Assembly: GCA_032718475.1 (NCBI GenBank)
Contig: JAUCBJ010007164.1
Location: forward strand, 1-64,000
Reading direction: 5' to 3'
DNA: 64,000 bases
Origin: Nemertoderma westbladi
Lineage: Eukaryota; Animalia; Xenacoelomorpha
The translations under genes and the position numbers were made by a program. A model generated the notes under the pieces. The model was given only the letters and a program-made list of their open reading frames with translations, did no database searches and was not told the DNA's origin. Below are positions 1 through 12,625 of the stretch, in pieces. Position 1 is the first letter of the stretch. The number at the start of each line of letters is the position of its first letter.

Positions 1-654
1 GTTAGGTGTGTAGGTGTTAGTTGTACAGTAGGATGTGTATTGTGTAGGTAAGATGTGTTAGGTTAGTTCTACATCCCCCACTGCCCTATCCCCATAGTAA
101 CACGTTCGTGGGGCCTTCGCGCAGGACGAGGCTCAGTTATCAGATACAGATTAAAACTGAGCAATAAATAAGAAATTTAACCAAACTGCCAATAAGAATA
201 AATCAAAGGAGAGAGGAAATTTGCTTAAATAATCAGATGGCACCAGCTGAGCCCAGTCAGCCAGTTGTTAATAATAGAAAAATATCGGCTGTAAATACAG
301 TTTGTTTTACACAAAGATGACAAGGGCGTTACATCCTGTTGTATAAGAAATATAAAAATGTAACACAAAATACAAGACTATCGGCTAATCGGGAGGAATA
401 TGTAACTAAACCTCCCTGACTGTAGTCCTCCAATAATTACCATGATTATTATTCATAAAATTTTAAAATAAGTATCATCGTGGTCTCTTTGAATACTAGC
501 TGGTATTTTATGTCCAATATAAAGCGCTTCATTTCTTCATCCATGTCGACTTCCTCAAATTCCGAGTATAAATAAATAACAATAACAAAAAAACATAATT
601 ATAAACAGATCAGAGCTATCCAGCTATCGGTATCTCCTCCCAACACAACCAACT

Positions 655-1225
655 CTCTATCCGCCTCGAGCATCGAGAATACGAGAAACTCGATCGAAAT
701 ACCTGCTCATCCCAGTATCCGTCCGTAGTCACCAGACCGCTGCGGTTTATTCCCGTATAACAGTAGAATTCCCGCAGCTTCCGACCCAATTCGACAACGA
801 ATTCGACTCACACTTTCGCGTGGCAGAGAACGTAATCCGGTGTGATACACGTCTGCCCGAGTTTCAACAATTTCCCCCAGGCGATCCCAGGATCCGGCTG
901 TCCGGGCCGCCGCTAAACCCAAATCGCAATCCTCGTCGATTCGTCCAGTCGTCGACGTAAGTCGGAATCTTCCTACCGCACTCCAAGTTGGGTGGCCTGA
1001 GTGAGGCATGAGGAACTTGGCAGTGGCCAGCATTACGATCCGACCGACCGCCGTATTCCCAGTGTAGTAAAGAATCTTACTGACAAGCAAGCAATTCCGT
1101 AGTATTTATTCCTCAGTTAATCGCATCTTGATGCCACTCGGCTGCTCGGGTCCAGATACATCGGACTGTCAGAAGCTGTTTAGTTAAAGACGTTGTTTAG
1201 ATGGCCTTGCCAACGACCAACGACC
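655..1225 (-). pseudogene. Decayed aldehyde dehydrogenase family 3 (ALDH3-like) fragment
   Basis: Minus-strand pieces in shifting frames read MYLDP..TTELL..ILYYTGNTAVGRIVMLATAK..IDEDCDL..IAWGKLLKLGQTCITPDYVLC..REF..YGNKPQRSGDYGRIL. They are collinear with ALDH3 (FYTGSTAVGKIVM / [21 protein letters not shown] / DYGRII). Contains frameshifts and stops, and no introns. Confidence 0.8.
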
Positions 1226-2034
1226 TGAAGACGGTACCGGTAACTATGTACCACTGTAACAGATAACAGTACCGGTACCGTACTGTAATCCTGTAGTCTC
1301 CTAGCAACCAGCTGATGCCAAGCCTAATAATTTTTGGGTAGATTAATTTATTATAACTGTAAGACAGTTACACAGATGCTGCACTAAGACCCCACGCAAA
1401 TTCAACTTGGAAAATTTCTAAAAACTTTTGCCAGACTACATATGTACCAAGTTTGGATATATTTTATCGAGATTTGGCTGAGTTATTAACGTTTAAAATT
1501 TGACACAACAGATCAACAGAACAACAGATGAACAGATCAACAGATCAACAGAACAACAGACACACCGATTGAGTTAGTGGTACCTGTATACTAAGCTCGC
1601 TTACTTTCGTCGCTCGCCCCACAATCCACAGTGCAAACTGAAGAATGCTTCAAATTTTTTGATTGAGAACTATTAAGATCTTTGCAGAACTTTGTTATAT
1701 ATCATTAATTCTGCAAAGATCTGCACTGATCTTACTAAAACTCCAGAGATCAGCCATGGTCTTACCAATCCTGCAAAGATCTGCACTGATCGTTACCAAC
1801 CATATTAAGATCATAGAGCAAAGGTGCCAAGATCTTACCAAGACATATAAAGATCTTATGCTAAGAGATCTATAAAGATCTCAGTGCAGATTGGTGATGT
1901 TGCAAATCTAGGGTTCATTACAAATTACATTAGGCCTATTTATTACATATCATAAGTATACCAGAATACCATAAACAATATACAATATACAATACAATGA
2001 TACATAACAATGTACAGTGGGTGGTATTAATGAA

Positions 2035-2900
2035 TACTTAAAAAGCTGCTCATTAACTTCTGCCACGAACTCACGTCCCTGATCTGACATCACGATCTCC
2101 GGCTCCGCCACCCCGTAGCGAGTCAACAATTCGAACAGAAATTCCGCAACGCGAGTCTTTTCCAGGAAGAGCCTTGGCTTCGGGCCATTTAGTAAAGTCC
2201 AGTCCGTACATGTCATTATATACGCATTTCCCTTCAGCGTCAACGGTAGCGGCCCTATTAAATCGATTCCAATTCGAGACCAAGTCTGGCTCTTAACTTG
2301 AATTGAATTAAGAGCAAGGTTCGAATTCAGTTTAGTTACACAAGATAGCCCACGAATGCCCATATAGGGGGGACTGGACGCAATAAAAATCCATCCCTCT
2401 CCAGGGGAAATTCGACGCAAATAACAGCTGATAATGCCCATATAGGGGGGGGGGGGGGGGGGGGGGGGGACTGGACGCAATAAAAATTCATCCCTCTCCA
2501 GTGGAAATTCGACGCAAATAACAGCTGATTACACTCAAAAATAAAACTGTAACCTGTTCTATTGTGCTTAGTTTATTGTTTTGGTTAAAATAACGTGCCA
2601 CTGTAACCTGCTCCTTTCCCTTTGAGAATTTAACATTTAGGAAGGATATTAATTCGCAGCCCTACCATTACCACTGCACTGTCAGCTCATGATTTAGTAT
2701 CTTTAATTCTGAATCTTATCTTAATTTTTTGCAGTTGGGGTGGGGCATTTGGCGCGGAAGGGGGTCATTACGCGCTAGGCGAGTATAGCCGGGGGGTTAT
2801 TACGTGCTAGGCGAGTATACCCGGGGGCTCATTACGCGCTAGGCGATTACGCCGGGGGGGGCGTACAGTATTCTACAGGGGGGCAATTTCGACTGGGACA
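2035..2900 (-). mobile_element. Ginger/GIN-like integrase transposon remnant (integrase core fragment about 2035-2300, terminus at 2900)
   Basis: rve motifs WSRIGIDLIGPLP..GNAYIMTCTD and YGVAEPEIVMSDQGREF, with frameshifts. The minus-strand end begins TGT at 2900 next to CCGG (2901-2904), as reported for Ginger1 ends and targets. Short GC-rich subterminal repeats lie at 2750-2860. The other end was not found. Confidence 0.55.
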
Positions 2901-3232
2901 CCGGGGCTGGCGGACACTGGCTGTCACTTATCCTGCGCCTGTCCTGCATTGTTTATTTGACATAATGTAGCGGCAGCCACACTCTTTAAATCACTTAGCT
3001 TTAAGTAGGCCTACCTGTCTGAAGTCTGCATGTGTGTTGTGCAATTCTTACTGGTCCGCAATGCCTAAATCTCTAAAATCACATACGGATTATTCTCCAT
3101 AGGAATCCATTACATACGCACATACGCATATGTACAGTACATACGGATACGGCAAATGCACACGGATACGGATACGGCGAAAAGTTATACCCCGGTACTG
3201 ATAGCCTGAGAGAACAGCAGTAGAGAAACCGG

Positions 3233-4209
3233 GGGTGTTTGAAAAAAGGTGGACTGGACACAGAAAACATGGACAATGGACAGACCAATCACGGGCGATT
3301 TGCGTCACACAGCATGTCCACCTTTTTCAGCTTTGTTGTCCACCTTTTTCAAATTTGAATAAGGTGGACTGGGTTGAGAAAGAACAGGCAATGAATTGAC
3401 CAATCAGATTGATTTGCACATTATAGCAGCTCTGTCCATGTTTTTTCAAAAAAATTCAGAAGGTTTGTATGGATTATTAATGTTATTATTATCCCCGTTA
3501 TTTGCGTCCACTTTCCCCTGGCCGCTTGGAGACAAGTCCACGCCCCCTGCAAGCCCCCCACCACCATCAACAATTGTCATTTAAATACACTGAATTAGAA
3601 ACGGCAATAATTACAAATAACCACGCCATCAATGTACTGTTCACTCTTCTATAAAAACATTTTATGTTTTATAAGGACAAACGTTTTATGCATACTGAGT
3701 AGAAACTAAAAATAAATGAATGATCATGCGTTCTAATTAATATAATCTATTGAAATGGCAATGTTCTAATAAATTACAAGTTTTAAGTTTGTCACAAAAG
3801 GACTTCTCACTGTATATCTATAATAATACAGTAATTATAATAGTACAATGAGTATGATATAACAGATGACTTGCGGCGAAGTGGCAATGAGGCGAGGTGA
3901 CCAGCACCCCTTCCAGCATGCCCATTATAAATAGATAATTGATACCTGAAAAAGGTGGACAGTCCAATCACTAATAAATAGCATTGCTTTAATACGTTTC
4001 TGATTGGTCAGACTATTATCTATGTTTTTTGTTCATGTGTCCAGTCCACCTTTTTCAAACACACATCTTATTCTCAATTATGTAACTAAGAAAGCGAAAC
4101 TTGAAAATGGTGGACAGACCAATTGCTACAAACTACTTTGCATAATGCGTTTCTGATTGTCTGTCCGTTGTCCATGTTTTCTGTGTCCAGTCCACCTTTT
4201 TCAAACACC
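3233..4209. mobile_element. Non-autonomous TIR element (Mutator-like MITE)
   Basis: TIRs of about 65 bp (GGTGTTTGAAAAA(A)GGTGGACTGGACACAGAAAACATGGACAA) flanked by the direct repeat GAGAAACCGG (3223-3232 and 4210-4219). The TIR motif also recurs internally. A 9-10 bp TSD suggests the MULE superfamily. Confidence 0.75.
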
Positions 4210-5144
4210 GAGAAACCGGTAGCATGGAACCTAACGGTAAATTTCTGGAGGACATAAAAATTCAAAAAAAAAGGACATCATGAGTGATTTAAACGGACAA
4301 TAAAAATTATTGCGTATGCAAAACTCCGCTGTTGCTAAAGATAACTTAGAGTATGGAAAAAACACAGTTGCTTGCCACTTACTGCATGTACAGTAAAACA
4401 TACCTCTTTTGTTTTATGTATACTGTAAATAACATGTTGTTGTTGTGAAAAGACCGCTGTGTGAGGGGGTGGGTAGGGTAACACATAAGGACTATAACCC
4501 CTTAAAGTACTACCGTTAAATGTACAGTGTAGTATTTCGCGCGCACAACAAATTATACTACAGTAACATAACGGGATTATTACCATAACGGGAATGGCAT
4601 ATTACGATTTATGCTTACAGTATATGGGTAGACTTACAATAAGAGTTGGCCTAGGATACGCTACAGTTTGGCGTTGGTAGTGATTCAAACAACTGGAAAT
4701 TAAAGATTGCTTTAACCAAACATGTGGCCTTTCATTTCCTGTAATACAATTAAATACGATATACAGTAGTAGAAAACAACACATAATTATTCCAAATAAT
4801 GTTAAGTCTGTAATTTAATACAATAAACTAGGCCTACATGTTCTGTATGTACAGTTTATGTGTAATACTGTAATACAGTAATTATAGTAAGCTTATAAAT
4901 AAATACCACAAACCTTATTTTAAACGCATTGTACATGCAATAAGTCATGTAGTTTGTTCTGTTAGCAACGGTAGGTTTTATTAACATTATTGTTAGGCAT
5001 TGTTATAGTTATAAATATTAAATATACAGGAGGCCTAACTGTTAGGCCGTACTAAATTATGTCTTCAATATACATACACTACATTATACAGTAGGCCTAC
5101 ACTGGATAAGTAAATAATAAATCAAAGCAGCACGCTAAACGGTT

Positions 5145-5512
5145 TGGGTGAAAATATCGAGGCTTGAAAAATATCGCTAATAAAAATATCGAATGTAATG
5201 ACATACTGTATATGAGTACAGTATTGACAAATATCGCGAATAAAAATTTATTTAGAGTAAAAATATTGCGAGTAAAAATATTGAGACTGGTGAAAATATC
5301 GCTAGTAAAAATATTGGGCGAGTAAAAAATATCGCGAGTAAAATAAATGTACACACAGGGCATACTGTTTGCAGTTAGTGCTTTTGCAAAATATCGAGAT
5401 ATTCTCACTCACAATATTTTTAAACTTGCAATAATATATTTACTCACGATATTTTTTGAACTCGTGATATTATTGATATTTTTCAACACGAGATATTTTT
5501 ACTCGCGATATA
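5145..5512. repeat. Small foldback of degenerate AAAAATATCGCGAGT repeats (MITE-like)
   Basis: Units run forward at about 5150-5345 and reverse-complemented (TTTTTACTCGCGATAT) at about 5390-5510. Confidence 0.55.
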
Positions 5513-6221
5513 CAGTATTCCATGTCTAGATATCACTATAACCCGCTAAACTACTAAAACTTCCAATAGTTCGAATAGGCCTACTCAATAACATTATAAA
5601 ATAACATTCATTGGGTAAATTTTCATACTACTGTATTATTACCAATAACAGAAACTTATGATTACAGTAACTATCAAAAAAATGTTTGCTGTTTGAGTTT
5701 TTATTATTAGAGAAATAAATATCGAACGAAACCAATTATTATTGTGGTGTAGGCCTTATATTTCGTATGGATACCATGGTTCGAGATAATGCAATACGAT
5801 GAGAGATTCCGCCATGTAACAACATGTCATAATCGATTTTCATACTTGTCGAGTAGTAAATAATGAGTATCGATAACAGTATTTGAAAGATAAGAAGCAT
5901 TGTTTGTAACTTCTCAAAATTTGGTGCAAAATTACCACAAATACAGTGGGTTTAAAAAATTAATTAATTTAAAACATCACGGGAAAGGAGCAGGTTACAG
6001 TGGCGGTATTTTCTAACCAAAAGAATAAACGAAACTTTATATCACTTGAGATCATTCCAGAAATGATACTATTCTGACTTGAATGACTATAATGTTGAAC
6101 GAGCAGGAATAGGAGAGGGGGAGGGGGGGGGGGGGGGGGTTGGGGAGGTCTCTGGACTCAATCAAAATTCATCCCTCTCCAGGGAAAATCGATACAAATA
6201 AAGCTGATACATCTAAAATCG

Positions 6222-7430
6222 TTCTATTGTAGGTTAAACTGTAACCTGTTATACTGTAGGTTAAACTGTAACCTGTTCTACTGTAGGTAAAACTGTAACC
6301 TGTTCTACTGTAGGTTAATCTGTAACCTGTTCTACTGTAGGTTAAACTGTAACCTGTTCTACTCTAGGTTAAACTGTAACCTGTTCTACTGTATGTTAAA
6401 CTGCAACCTGTTATACTGTAGGTTAAACTGTAACCTGTTATACTGTAGGTTAAACTGTAACCTGTTCTACTGTAGGTTAAACTGTAACCTGTCTACTGTA
6501 CAGTAGGTTAAACTGTAACCTGTTCTACTGTAGGTTAAACTGTAACCTGTTCTACTGTAGGTTAAACTGTAACCTGTTATACTGTAGGTTAAACTGTAAC
6601 CTGTTCTACTGTAGGTTAAACTGTAACCTGTTCTACTGTAGGTTAAACTGTAACCTGTTCTACTGTAGGTTAAACTGTAACCTGTTCTACTGTAGGTTAA
6701 ACTGTAACCTGTTCTACTGTAGGTTAAACTGTAACCTGTTCTACTGTAGGTTAAACTGTAACCTGTTCTACTGTAGGTTAAACTGTAACCTGTTCTACTG
6801 TAGGTTAAACTGTAACCTGTTCTACTGTAGGTTAAACTGTAACCTGTTCTACTGTAGGTTAAACTGCAACCTGTTCTACTGTAGGTTAAACTGTAACCTG
6901 TTCTACTGTAGGTTAAACTGTAACCTGTTCTACTGTAGGTTAAACTGTAACCTGTTCTACTGTAGGTTAAACTGTAACCTGTTCTACTGTAGGTTAAACT
7001 GCAACCTGTTATACTGTAGGTTAAACTGTAACCTGTTCTACTGTAGGTTAAACTGTAACCTGTTCTACTGTAGGTTAAACTGTAACCTGTTATACTGTAG
7101 GTTAAACTGTAACCTGTTCTACTGTAGGTTAAACTGTAACCTGTTCTACTGTAGGTTAAACTGTAACCTGTTCTACTGTAGGTTAAACTGTAACCTGTTC
7201 TACTGTAGGTTAAACTGTAACCTGTTATACTGTAGGTTAAACTATAACCTGTTCTACTGTAGGTTAAACTATAACCTGTTCTACTGTAGGTTAAACAGTA
7301 ACCTGTTCTACTGTAGGTTAAACTATAACCTGTTCTACTGTAGGTTAAACTGTAACCTGTTCTACTGTAGGTTAAACTATAACCTGTTCTACTGTAGGTT
7401 AAACTGTAACCTGTTCTACTGCGTAGGTTA
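6222..7430. repeat. 27-bp minisatellite (CTGTAGGTTAAACTGTAACCTGTTCTA), about 44 copies
   Basis: Near-perfect head-to-tail units without spacers. Each unit contains the inverted repeat AGGTTA-N5-TAACCT. Confidence 0.97.
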
Positions 7431-7556
7431 TTTTGACGAAGAGTCAAGATAAACTATTAAAGCTGTGTAATTTCTTTTACGATTATTTTGCAACTATTCT
7501 TGATTTATTATTAATTTATTGATTATTCTGTGTGACCATACGAACGACTAAAGAAC

Positions 7557-8654
7557 ATGGAATCAAAGCCTACATGGTCGAAATGGTCAGAACCAGCCAC
7601 CTTAGAAACTGACCCTCAGTGTGTTGATGAGCCTCTACCTCCGAACCTTGTAACCCAATGGCGGGAACAAGGTTACGCGTTAGTAAACGGGTTACTTCCA
7701 GAAACCCTCGTCCAGAAATGTTGCGAGGAGGCTCGGGAAATTCTTTCCTCTTCCGATCCAAACATAAAGGATTTCGGGAGTCCTGATGGCCGGATGGAGT
7801 TCCCCACGGGACTGCAAGGCTGTGACGATGTCGCATTACACCCTCGACTACTAGGAGCGGTAGCACAACTACTGGACATTCCAACCGCGAAGATCCGACT
7901 TACTCAATCAGATGTTTGGCCGAAACACGGGCAACCACCGGATAACGTCCACGACAAAGTGGACAACACGGACCAACGCATTCACTGCGACTACGGTAAC
8001 AACACGTTGGTGCACCCAGCCGACTGGGATCGTCCAGTTGCAGTGGCTGTTGTCGTTTACTACAGCGATGTCGCCACTTCTGGAGGACCCACTACAGTGG
8101 TCCCCCGACTGGGACCTACAGACCCCGTCTACCAGTACCCTCTAGTGGCCATGCCGGGGCAAGCAGGAGCGCCCATGTGGAACGACCGTGCCACAGTGGA
8201 GGCCTGGATGAAGGATAATAGACCAGAGTACTACGAGTTGCGGAAGCAGCTGTACAGTAGAGAGATGCCGGTTCGGTACACACAAGGCACTGTGCTGCTA
8301 TACCGGCACGATGTTTGGCACCGAGGCACTCCGTTGCTACCTGCACCCGCATTCCGTACCATACACTCTCTGAGTTACAAAGTAGCCGGAATAGATAGCT
8401 GGACCCAATGGAACCGCGGCTGGGCGTGGAGCATGTACCGTAGTTACGGGGATACAATGGTTCTGGAATCTCTTCTGTCCAGGATTTCTGTCGAACAAAG
8501 AACAGTGCTGGGTTTTCCGGAAATAAACGATCCATATTGGACAGAGAAGACCATCGAATACGTTAGCGCGAGATTCCAATACTTTGGAATGGACCTTGAG
8601 CCATATCGTCTGGCTCTACAACAGAGAGAAAGAAATATAGAACTTGGAGTATAA
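7557..8654 (+). CDS. Phytanoyl-CoA dioxygenase (PhyH)-family Fe(II)/2-oxoglutarate dioxygenase, single exon, 365 aa
   Basis: ATG-to-TAA ORF in a GC-richer island. It has the N-terminal WREQGYALVNGLL motif, HxD (IHCD), VVVYYSD..GGPT.VVP, and a distal His in GTVLLYRHDVWHRG, giving the PhyH facial-triad pattern. Confidence 0.8.
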   Translation: MESKPTWSKWSEPATLETDPQCVDEPLPPNLVTQWREQGYALVNGLLPETLVQKCCEEAREILSSSDPNIKDFGSPDGRMEFPTGLQGCDDVALHPRLLGAVAQLLDIPTAKIRLTQSDVWPKHGQPPDNVHDKVDNTDQRIHCDYGNNTLVHPADWDRPVAVAVVVYYSDVATSGGPTTVVPRLGPTDPVYQYPLVAMPGQAGAPMWNDRATVEAWMKDNRPEYYELRKQLYSREMPVRYTQGTVLLYRHDVWHRGTPLLPAPAFRTIHSLSYKVAGIDSWTQWNRGWAWSMYRSYGDTMVLESLLSRISVEQRTVLGFPEINDPYWTEKTIEYVSARFQYFGMDLEPYRLALQQRERNIELGV

Positions 8655-11425
8655 ACATTATACAGTACATTTAAATTAACTGTAATAAGGGTTTAAGGGT
8701 TCCTTTCAGTCATCGGTTTATTCAATGTGCATATTATCAAGGACTAGTACAGTAGAAGACCTCCCAAAAACTCAACAATAAGATAATAATACGAAATGGA
8801 TGAAGGTTTTAATTTCAACCCATCATTATTAGCGGTAGACTGACTAGAGACTGTCGATGGATTACCGTCTGAACAAAGTTTTGCTGCCGCTGAATGTTTT
8901 ATGGCCAATGGTCTACAGTAGTATGTACAGTATATCTGCCAAGTTTCAGCTTGAACGGATAACAAATAACGAAAAAAATTTCGGTTACCGCACGAAAAAT
9001 ACCTGATATGCCTCTGAACTAAACATATTGTAGGGCCTACTCAACTCCACATCCAAAATAGCGATATAGATTGAGACTTGTATGGTTTTGGGGCAACTTT
9101 ATAATTTGCTATATAATTTTTTATTTGTTTATTTTCAAAAATTTTCACATGATGGGTGCAAGGTGAAACGTTTAGTGTATTTGGGTGGAAGTGGAGTGGA
9201 GTGTAGTTGAGCGGATGTGGAGTGGAGTTTGGTGAAAGTGAGTCAAAGTGGGTGACATTCGGGTGGAAAGTTGGGTGTACTGTAGTAGGTAAAAACAAGT
9301 AGTATTTTTTTTAAGAAAAAAATTATAGAGACATAAATTCAAGCACTATAAATTCAGTTATTCAAGCAGTTTGTCCCCGATTCGCCCCACCTTTAAGTCC
9401 ATTCGCACCATATGACTTTATTTAATGTTTTACAAATGCTGTAATATCAACATCAATATCAAATCAAATCTATTATTCTGTTATTCCAATATCAAAAACA
9501 ATATAGGACATTTCAAAGTTAACACTGTTGTAATACAGTATGCATAGTGCTCTATAATAATATATATAATTAACAACTATACTGTGGTTGGATATGGATA
9601 GTACAGCTAACAGAAGGCAAACTACAGTCCGTGATGCCATCTCAGATTCTCAACTACTGTACATGTCCAATGATCCTTAACGGATCACATGATGATTTTC
9701 GAATGGATGAAATGTCTGAAAGTTAATTACACTTCTCCCATTTCGTTGTTTGTAATCAATTAGGCTGAATATTGGCATAACCTACTGTACATATAATGTA
9801 TGTACAGTACTAGAGACCACAGGCCAGGTCTATATGATTACGTTGATCAACATACGCAATTATCTACCTTAGTTTGATGAATTATTATTTCTACTACAGT
9901 AAGATCTGTACTGTATAACGATCTTATCGATTCTCGTAAAGATCTTCGCCATTTCTGTCATCGCATGTGATACAAGTTCTTTGCAGAATTTCTCTTGACA
10001 TGAACAGATCTTACCAGATCACATTTTAATTTATCAAAAATGTAAGAAGTTCTAAAAAAATTTCCGCTGTTTCGTTGCAAATTAATTAATATAAAGGTCA
10101 TGAAATTTAAAATAAAACTGCTGAAAATACAGTGTCACAATTGTTTTTCTTGTATTCTACAGTATAATACATTTAAAGGATAATTACATTATTATAAGTG
10201 CATAAAACATACTGTATGTATAACAAATAGAACTTAAGTCCATTAACTTTGTACTAATTACTGTACAGTATATACATTGCCATTCCTTATTACAGCAGAA
10301 GTTTCCAATGCGGTCGTTAAGGCTACGTGACCCTCCTGTGTATCAATACCGTTTTAATTTCCACCGCAACACCACAGCGCCAGTTTAGTTTGTACTGTAG
10401 CTTCATTAAGTTGGTGGTATGTAAAGGTATCTGGATCGTCTCTGTCTCTGTCTCTGTCTCTCCTTTGTATACATATTGTTATATTCATCAAAATTCCAGA
10501 TCAAATAGGCCTACGCAATCATTTCCTTAGCAACGTTCATTCGACGTCATCTCATAAACGTTAGATATTCGTTCTAAAATGGTGCGGGTCGATTCGCCCC
10601 TCGACCTATTCTCAACAAGTCTATTCCGGCCTATTCGAAGAAAGAGTCGCAGCCCCCCCCCCCCCCCCAAGACATTATAGTACTGTAGTTTAATAGCTAT
10701 GGAGTTTTACTATCCTCCTACCACATTTTCACACATGCGAGTCCATTATACCAACTACAGTAATTCCATTATTATTAATTAATTTCTCATGTATTTGTAT
10801 TGTACCACATTGTGTAATTGAGCATATTATTTTTTGCAGTTGGTTGTGGCCCTTGTATGTAAGTGTTTGCTTTATTTTATATATCATCTTAATGTGGGAA
10901 ATATATATACTGTTTATTCAATTCCAGTATTCGCCCCAGTAATATAATATACAGTATGTAATATAATAATGAATAGGGTCTATACTATGACTCACTACTG
11001 TATCACTGTTCAAATATTTTTAGCAAATTGAGGTATCATTTTTTATCATTCTAATTCAAAAAATCGAATTATAAAGGCAACAGGTGCACATGTTGGCTAG
11101 TGCGATAATTTACAAATTACAATTACGTGTACTGTACAGCTGTGTAGTATATTGCATACATAGTCCGACAATAGCAGATATATTATTAATGACAACAGCA
11201 TTGCCAAACTCATGGCATAGCTGACACACATAGCATACCTAATATAATCGCACAATAAAACAAATTCCCTCCACCAAGAGTAATATTGCACTTATTATAA
11301 ACATTGCACATATATACTGTATACGATATTCAATATAACCTACAGTACTGTACTTGCTCCTAAATACAATCGTACTGCACCGTTTACAGCAGCCCGCTTC
11401 CAATCCAAGCTAACGCTGATGGTCC

Positions 11426-12625
11426 TGTAAAAGCTTTTGCGGATATAATCAGTCCCCTTGCCCGCAAAGTACCGTTGTAGGTGTTTTAACGGACATAGAA
11501 GTCATTCTTCTATATGTGTGCTTTGGCGGACATGGCAAGGCACAAAACCCGCAATGCGTCAAATCCTCTAGCACAGTGTAGCCTTGATGATTCAGATTAC
11601 GACATCTAACAGCTGGTTGTTGGCATGGAAACGGCCGTTGGACACATGGTTCTTTGTTTAGCTTAACAGCCAATCAGGGCGATTTTTACTGTCGATGTGG
11701 AGATATTCTACAGATCGTGCTAGGCGTGTTCAGTCTTACTGTTTTCTGTGTTATAGTTTTGTTGTTTCTATCTAGGCCAAGAACACCGGCTCTAGAGTCA
11801 GTTCGTTTTCAGACTTTAGAAGAAACATTAGTAGGCTTAGATTATAGAACGTATAACTGTTATCAACCCAATTATCAGCGCAGTAGCGCAGCGGTACCAT
11901 CTGATATTGTTATAATCTTAACCTACCGTCTTAATGCTTTTACTGTTGTTATTATTTGTATCAGTTGGTTGAATATTATTACTTGGAGAACATCGATAAA
12001 TAACCCAAATTTCCCAATTTTCTTGATACACTACAGGTTAGAGAGACAGGTTACATATAGCGATTGCGACTTATATTATCGTGGTTTGTAGTGAATTTAA
12101 TGCTATTTGATAAGCACTACATGAGTCAATTGCTGTTCTCTTTATGTATGATAAAATTCATTGACGGTCGGCAGATTAGTGTGCAGTATTGTGCGTTACC
12201 GGTAGTGTGCATGATTGTGGCTGATAACTAAGCATTTCCTAAAGAATGCGCCTCATACGTGAATCATAAGCCTTACCGTCTTACCGTTGTGTTTAGTATA
12301 AGTCATATCTCTGTTTACCTAGATAGAGCGCCACGTCCTAAAGGAACTGTTAATATTTCCCGAAAGTGAATAATATTTGTCAGAAATTATTTATTAACGA
12401 TCAATCGAATAATACAGTAAGCTTACACTGCAATAAAATCTAAGCCCTCCGAATCCAGTCTCCCGGGTATATCCAGCGGGTGAATGGACGCGCACTAGGC
12501 TGGCTTCGGCTAATGTTGTGTTTATTGGTATTAAATACTTGTCATATGCTAAAGTCTATTTATAAACCAAAAGACATATAAATTTTGGCAGGTTAAACTG
12601 CTAAAGGTCTTCAAAAGCGCGTACA
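11426..12625 (+). repeat. E1 5' LTR (1200 bp)
   Basis: TGTAAAAGCTTTTGC...AAAAGCGCGTACA. Only about 4 substitutions versus the 3' LTR were seen by eye. CCAAT near 11670 and AATAAA near 12432. Confidence 0.97.

Noticed and set aside
1344-1900. AACAGATC and AGATCT-rich repeats as a Helitron- or MITE-type element
   Set aside because: Probably repeat-derived, but I could not define ends, a TSD or a family from the sequence alone.
6222-7447. Palindromic 27-bp repeats as a CRISPR array, and the 326-aa (YSRTGYSLT)n ORF
   Set aside because: The units are contiguous with no unique spacers, there are no cas genes and the context is eukaryotic. The ORF is just a stop-free frame of the repeat.
11654-12091. 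145-aa hydrophobic ORF in the E1 LTR (also 29016-29453) as a membrane or accessory protein
   Set aside because: It has a non-ATG start, is duplicated only because it lies in the LTR, and is not preserved in the E2 LTR.
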